Position numbers and translations under genes: made by a program
Notes under the pieces: model-generated
What the model was told of the DNA's origin: nothing
The model's input: the letters and a program-made list of their open reading frames with translations, nothing else
Databases searched by the model: none
NCBI GenBank assembly: GCA_002269645.1
Contig: NIVC01003794.1
Coordinates: forward strand, 12,456-76,455
DNA: 64,000 nucleotides
Source of the DNA: Macrostomum lignano
Taxonomy: Eukaryota
Direction of reading: 5' to 3'
Part shown: positions 58,050 through 64,000 of the stretch, in pieces
Layout: every line of letters begins with the position of its first letter
Position numbering within the stretch: position 1 is the stretch's first letter

Positions 58050-58185
58050 CTAAAAATCACAACCTCAAACGCACCTCCCATCATAATTCATAAACCCTAA
58101 ATATCACATTCTCGAAAATTCAAAATGCAGAGTTTATGCCAGAGTTTTCAAGAATTTGATATTTAGGGTTTGTGATATTTCGGAT
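58050..58185. repeat. Foldback inverted repeat (aaaccctaaatatcac...tgatatttagggttt), probable MITE remnant
   Basis: ~30-bp imperfect arms around a short spacer. Confidence 0.55.
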
Positions 58186-58204
58186 TTATGATTTAAGGTG
58201 TTTC

Positions 58205-58475
58205 GAACTCACAACTGACAGGTCGGGGTTCGCGTCTCGACCCACTCGGAACAATTTGTGTACTTCAGCAATTGACACTTAACTCTGCGGCTTCACCGGC
58301 TGTAAAGTGGCCCAAATGGGTACCAGCATTTAGCGACCCCCCCTTGGCGACCCCGTCGTTGGACTGAACATCGACCCGTACGCAGCCTTCAGATTCGCCG
58401 CGCAATAGCTACGGCTGAGCTGCCGGTTGCGCATCTGCCCATAATACAGTAATGATAATAGTATTATTAACTTAT
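58205..58475 (+). mobile_element. 5'-truncated tRNA-derived SINE
   Basis: B-box-like GGTTCGCGTC, CORE-like gacacttaactc and gctgtaaa...tgggtacc segments, an AT-rich tail, and a second partial copy at 47633-47700. Confidence 0.6.
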
Positions 58476-58699
58476 GGCACTATTATCAAAAGACGAAACA
58501 AATCGATCTAAACTTGAAGGTACCAGGTACAGTTGTCATCGTCGTCAGCACCTTCAACAGAAAGCACAAGGTGACTATGGACACCCTGTTGCTAATTTCT
58601 TTAGTTTCGCTTAACAAGCCTCGACAGTGGGCTATAAACCACAACTGCTGCATAGACATCCTCATCTAGTCTCTCAAAGATTCCGTTATCAACCCCGAC

Positions 58700-60770
58700 G
58701 CCATCAGCACCAACAACATCGGTGCTCCTGAACACCGGCGCCCAACGTGCCTTGATCGTCGCACCGGAGGGCAGAGCGTGCCTGACCTCAGCCTTGCCAG
58801 TGCTAGTGTTGCTGATCATTGCACCTGGGAGACGCTCAACGAGCTGGGGTCTGACCAGAAACCTATTTTGATCACGCTCAACACCGACTGTCAAACCCTT
58901 GACCGCGCCCCCGCCTCACCTGGGCCTGGCAGAAAGCTGACTGGAACAGCTACCAGGACAGGCTCGAGGAGTGGAGCGATGGACTCAACAAGGGTACTAT
59001 TAAAGAGCAAATTGACCGTCTCTGTAAGAGAATGTCCAAGGCCGCCAGCGCCAGCATCCCGCTCAAGAAAGTCGGTGGAAATCAAAAACCGTACTGGGAT
59101 GCGGAGCTTTCTCACATTCGCGAGGAAAAAAATTGTCTCAGAAGCCTGGGCGATCCTGATGCCTGGCGCAACAAAAATGCGGAGCTCAATAAGCGCTGTG
59201 CGGAAAAGAAGCAGGAGTTCTGGAAATCCTACGTCCAGGACCTTTCCTCCTCATCCGACCCTAAGAAGATTTGGCGCACCATCAAGACACTGGAGACTGG
59301 GGATAAGAGCACGGCGAAAAACGAGAACATCGTTGTTAACAATCGCGAACACCGCACGGACCTGGAAAAGGCTAACGCCTTTGGGCGTTTCTATGTGTCT
59401 ATTAGCTCGTAGCTCTCTCAAACATGATGCCCGTGACCGCGCCTTTAAGGTCGAGACCGCAAATAGGCCCTGGGCAACACCAACCACGAAAGCCAGTTCT
59501 CCCTTGGGGAACTTCAGCGTGCCTTATGCAAGCTGGATGTCACCAAAAAGTGTGGCCCAGATGACATTGAAACGGCCTTCCTTAAAAATCTGCCGACAAC
59601 TTGGCAGTTGGCCTGGCTCAAGGTGTTCAACCGCTGCTGGAGCCTTGGCCACTGTCCTGGAGTCTGGAAAAAGGCCATCATCGTGCCTCTCCTTAAAGAC
59701 GAAAAAGACCCCAAAGACTGAAGACTGAAGACCAAAGACCCCAAATATCCTCTGGGGCACGTACTCAAAAATTTGGTGCGGCTGGGGAGCGCTACAGAAA
59801 AGTCAGTCAAAGACTGCTCCAGTTTCCGGCCCGTCAGCCTTACGTCCATCTGCGTCAAGCTCATGGAGCGGATGGTGCTGACCGGCTGATGCATAGGCTC
59901 AAGACCAACGGCACTCTGCAGCCCTGGCAAGCGGGATTTCAACGCGGCCGGAGCTGCGAGGAACAAATAGCTCGCCTCGTGCAAGAAATCCAGGACGGAT
60001 GGGAAAGAAGGCCCCACCTCAAGACGTTGGCCGTCACGCTCGATTGCTCAAGGGCGTTCGACCGGGTTTGGCGGGCAAAGCTTTTCGCTCGTCTTATGGA
60101 CGAAGGCCTGCCCGGTCGCTTTATTCGCTGGTTCGCCAGCTTCATGGAAGGGCGTCAAATCGCTGTGCGTGTCGGTGAGGAGGTCGGCAAGTGGCGGCCC
60201 CTCCGCGAGGGGGTGCCCTAGGGGGCCGTCAGCTCTCCTATTCTGTTTCTCCTGTACATCAACGACTGGCGGGACAAACTGGTCCCCCAGGTCTGCTACG
60301 GGGGATTCGCTGACGACCTCGGCATTTGGACTACCGGTCGGAACACTAACGAGCTGGAATTTCGCATTCAGACTGCGCTAAACCGCATTGAAAACTGGGC
60401 TGCCGACCTGAGAATCGACCTAAACCCCTCCAAGTCTGAGTGCTGTCTGTACACGCGCGATCGGAGCGAGCGAAATCGCCCTCTAAACCTGTCGATTTCT
60501 GGCACTCGTCTCCCTACCAAGCGTGAGGTACGATACCTCGGCGTCTGGATTGACGGTGGCCTGACCTTCAAGTGCCAGACGGCCGAAGTTGTTTCTAAGT
60601 TGCACCGCCGATGCAGCATCTTCCGCGCCCTGGCCAACAGAGAGTGGGGCTGGGACTGTGACACCCTCCGCACTGTCTACAAGGCGGTCGTCGAGTCCGT
60701 CGCTTGGCATGCGGCCGCGGCTTGGATGCCTTGGCTTCGACACGCCGCTTGTTTGGAGTTTATAACCTAA
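58700..60770 (+). mobile_element. Disabled non-LTR retrotransposon (LINE, I-group-like): end of the APE domain plus RT
   Basis: PDLSLAS...LGSDQKPI (APE end); WKKAIIVPLLK, FRPVSLTSICVKLMERM, QAGFQRGRS, LDCSRAFDRV, GVP*GAVSSP, FADD, YLGVWID, REWGW. Several frameshifts and stops, including TAG in the PQG motif. Confidence 0.93.
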
Positions 60771-60857
60771 ACGACCTTGCCGATGGTCACTTGGTGGCGC
60801 GGCTCCTGGGTGCCCTCGATTGGGTCCCCATCTGAAGGAGCCGCACTCCGCAATCAA

Positions 60858-60859
60858 TG

Positions 60860-60911
<52 letters not shown>
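60858..60911. repeat. (CAA)n microsatellite
   Basis: Perfect run just downstream of the LINE remnant. Confidence 0.97.
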
Positions 60912-62152
60912 AAACCACTCAATGGCCAGAAAGGGGAGAGAAGTCGGAGAGCGCGTCTTTAGGTCATGGCTCTAAAAATTCACACCCCATTTTGGTCCTA
61001 GGCGCCAGCACCAGTCAAAAGCCAGTCAGGGTATCTCGCCGTTCACCCTTGGTCTCGCCTGAGCGGTCCCTGTAGCTTGAGCAGCAGCACTTATAGATAA
61101 CAGATAGATAACAGACAACAGATCAACAGATAATACCCTTAAATTTCCTTACCCTCACTACCCTTAACATTTCTAAAGCTCTTAAAATTATTTTAAGCAT
61201 ATTTTGTCCGGCACAGAGTTATATACAAAACTGTTTCCTCATTAAAGTCGACGATTTCTCGATCCATTTTCACGTTTCCTAAATCATGAGTGCTTTGATA
61301 AACAATTTTTTAAGGAAACTGAAATCCCATATTTTCTGGTTTAAAGTTTCACGTTTTACAATTGCGTCACAAAAAACATCTTTTTTTGTTAATCCAGCCG
61401 GGGCGACCACGTTCAGGGGATCCTGCAGTCTGCATCTTAGTGGCGAATAAAGTCTCTTTCCCTAAAAGTATTAAGTTTATTTGGGCTCTCTGTCAACTCA
61501 TATTAACAGAGTTTACGATATAGGGTCCGCAAGTCTCTCAAAGAAAGAGTAAATTCGCATTGGTAAGTTCAATCATTTTCGATCAACAAGACGCGCAGGT
61601 TTCCCGGTGCAAGGGAATCAACCTCAGAGACAATTGCTGGAAAAGTGACGCATTCAGGGTAAAGACGCGCGTGATTCTGGAATGATAGCAAATGGACTGC
61701 GAATAATGTTTCGAAAATCCTCGGGCTAACAATAATTCAGAGAAATCGCAGGGTTTTCGAGTGAATTCACAACAGCAGTAGGGGGCGATACGCACCTGCC
61801 ACAGATGAAAGAAATTAAACTTTATCCATGCAAGCTAAACATTTATTTATTGAATAGAAGAAATATAGCAAAGTTCCAGCAATTCAAGGTTGCAAGTCTC
61901 CCAAACATTGTAATCGGCGATTTGTTGGTTACAAAAAATCTAATTGTTATCAACGAATACGCTTGTATAAAGTACACAGGCCTTTAAGTTTTACTTCGAG
62001 ACTACGAAATATATTAGAAATTTAAATTTAAGATAGAAACGGTCGATAGCATAAGTGCATTCACTACTGATAAGCTAATTTTCTCCTTGATAGAACATAG
62101 TGCAAAACCACACGGTACCATCAAGTTATCACATTATGTAACTACTCTTCAT

Positions 62153-63953
62153 TCATTCGTCTTTGACCAAATCAACCAACGAAGAGAAGGTTCCTTCAAT
62201 GCAATTGTTCGAATACGCACTGACTGCAAATGCACTCGTGACTATGACTGTAAGCACAGTGACGAAGATATTCATCGCAAAGAACACTTTGTCGGCTGAC
62301 GCTACAACAATGCTCCACTCATTGGTCGTTGTTAGGGGACTTGGCGGGATGTCTCCATCAGAGACCTCAGACTGGTCAGCTGTATCTTGTGCAGCATCCA
62401 CCTGTGGCTTCCTCCCAGTCACGAGTCGGTTGAGGAACAGAGCACGGATCAGCCGGTTGCTGACGTGAGCGCTGTTGTGCTGCTTGGAGTGACACCTCAG
62501 CACGAATGCATTGCACAGCACGTTCAGAATTGTCATCATTACTGCGATGCTAAAGTACCAAGCTGCAACGAAAATTATGAACTTATAAGCATACACGTAC
62601 AGAGATTTGGTGAGCAGAACGAACATCTCGAGGCTCACTGATGAGCGGCACGGACTCGCTCTGCGTCGGTGTGTAGTTGCCAGCCAGCTGCAGGAACACG
62701 CACATGGACAGCACGATGGTGATGCTGAAGGAGACTCGCTCGCCGCAGTCTGGAGGCATTCGGAATGCGAGTGCGGAGATGGCAAGCAGGAGGATGCTCG
62801 GAAAGAGCAGGTTCGTCACGTAGAACGCCGACCGTCTCTTGAAAGCAGCAATGCAATAGCATATTTTCAGGTTAATCTATCCAAATTGCTACATTTAAAA
62901 GACTACCATGACTTTTTTAACTCGCAAAACGATCTGTTCAATGCGAATTTCAGCAGCTTGCGCAGTCTCTAAATCCACGATAAAACGGTACATGCATACA
63001 AGTGAACTTATTTGTGTTTGCATTTAATTACTGGGTCAAATCCAACAAAGTTGTAGTCCTACTTGAAAGGATTTCATTAGGAACGAGAAGCGAGGCCTTA
63101 CCAAACCGATCGCAAGAAATATCGCGATCGGTTTTGGTACGAATTATTTCGAGAAGTAAACATGCAACTCAGAAACAGTCCATCAAGGTCCCTCCTCCTT
63201 CGTGTAATGGGTGGGCTAAAATGTGTATTTCTTGTCGAATTAGTATCTATAGGTTGAAAGAGGGCTGCGGGCGCCCTGGCGCAAAGCCTTCAGTGACATT
63301 GTCCCACAAGCACTGAGGTAATTTTACTACTGTACACAGGCACGCACTCATACAAGCTCACCCAGGCTGTACAGCGATTCTGACTTTCTAGTCGTCAGGC
63401 AAGGTGCATTCTCGTGCCTTGGATGTTGGCCCTAACAGGTTTGAATGGCACGAAAAACTTCGGTTAATTTTCGTGCACAAGCCAAATGAATGTGGCCACG
63501 TACGGAATCGAACACACAGGCGTCATGTCGCGAGAGTCAACACATTTACCTCTGAGCTGCTCTGTAGCAAGTAAATGTAATAAAAATACGAAATAGTTCG
63601 TTAGAAAATAAAGTGCACGTGATTCTTTCTTGCCTGAAATTTAAGCACAAGAATAACCGCATCAAGTACGTCCAGTCGATGCTTTTCCAGAAAGATTCTC
63701 TTGATGCAGAATTCGTTGTTCCTTGCCAAGTATTTTTCTGTAGAAAAGTTTGTAGAAAAATATCTTCAACATTGTCTCGTGCGGTAAAGTTTGAGGCCGA
63801 ATGCTAATGCCGCATTTCTGACTGTCAAACGGAAAATATTGCATCTCCATCTGACACTTGAACGTGACGAGCAGCACTTTCTGGTGTTGAACAAATCCGC
63901 TGTTAAAAATTAAAGCAGGTGGCTCGTCCAGGGTAACATCCTTTATCTCCATC
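62153..63953 (-). CDS. Nicotinic acetylcholine receptor-like Cys-loop ion-channel subunit, 3' part (5' exons lie outside the window); reading frame disrupted, possibly a pseudogene
   Basis: Exon from acceptor cttacag| at 63953 with Cys loop CQMEMQYFPFDSQKC; exon 62639-62876 (FKRRSAFYVTNLLFPS, M1; PPDCGERVSFSITIVLSMCVFL, M2; TPTQSESVPLI); exon 62153-62562 (M3, short loop, M4 ADKVFFAMNIF, stop). The segment ~63660-63770 needs a frameshift. Confidence 0.8.
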
Positions 63954-64000
63954 CTGTAAGACATGGGGAAAAAGCATTATAAACTGCTGCGAGATGGCGG

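Overview
Eukaryotic (metazoan) genomic DNA: GC-rich exons, spliceosomal introns filled with minisatellites, and a transposon-rich AT segment. The style resembles the flatworm Macrostomum lignano, but this is an unverified inference. Most long ORFs in the supplied track are repeat artefacts. Splice-phase-consistent gene models built by hand: (1) an intronless divergent class A GPCR (4909-6033, -); (2) a 3-exon orphan of ~308 aa with a possible degenerate KH fold (7604-11371, +); (3) an 8-exon type I membrane protein of ~523 aa whose cytoplasmic domain resembles a degenerate Ras-like GTPase fold (13782-17842, +); (4) FKBP6/shutdown (22411-25885, -), with a decayed tandem-duplicate relic downstream; (5) SNAP-25 (29215-49528, -) with two alternative first coding exons; (6) the 3' part of a nicotinic-type Cys-loop receptor subunit with frame disruptions (62153-63953, -). 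The 47.6-61 kb region holds a TA-flanked Tc1/IS630-type element, MULE-type MITEs with 8-9 bp TSDs, a Crypton remnant, a Penelope 3' end with a minimal hammerhead ribozyme, tRNA-type SINE pieces and a disabled LINE. The most unusual observations are the receptor-pseudoGTPase architecture and an intron built entirely from tandem 46-nt GT...AG mini-intron units.
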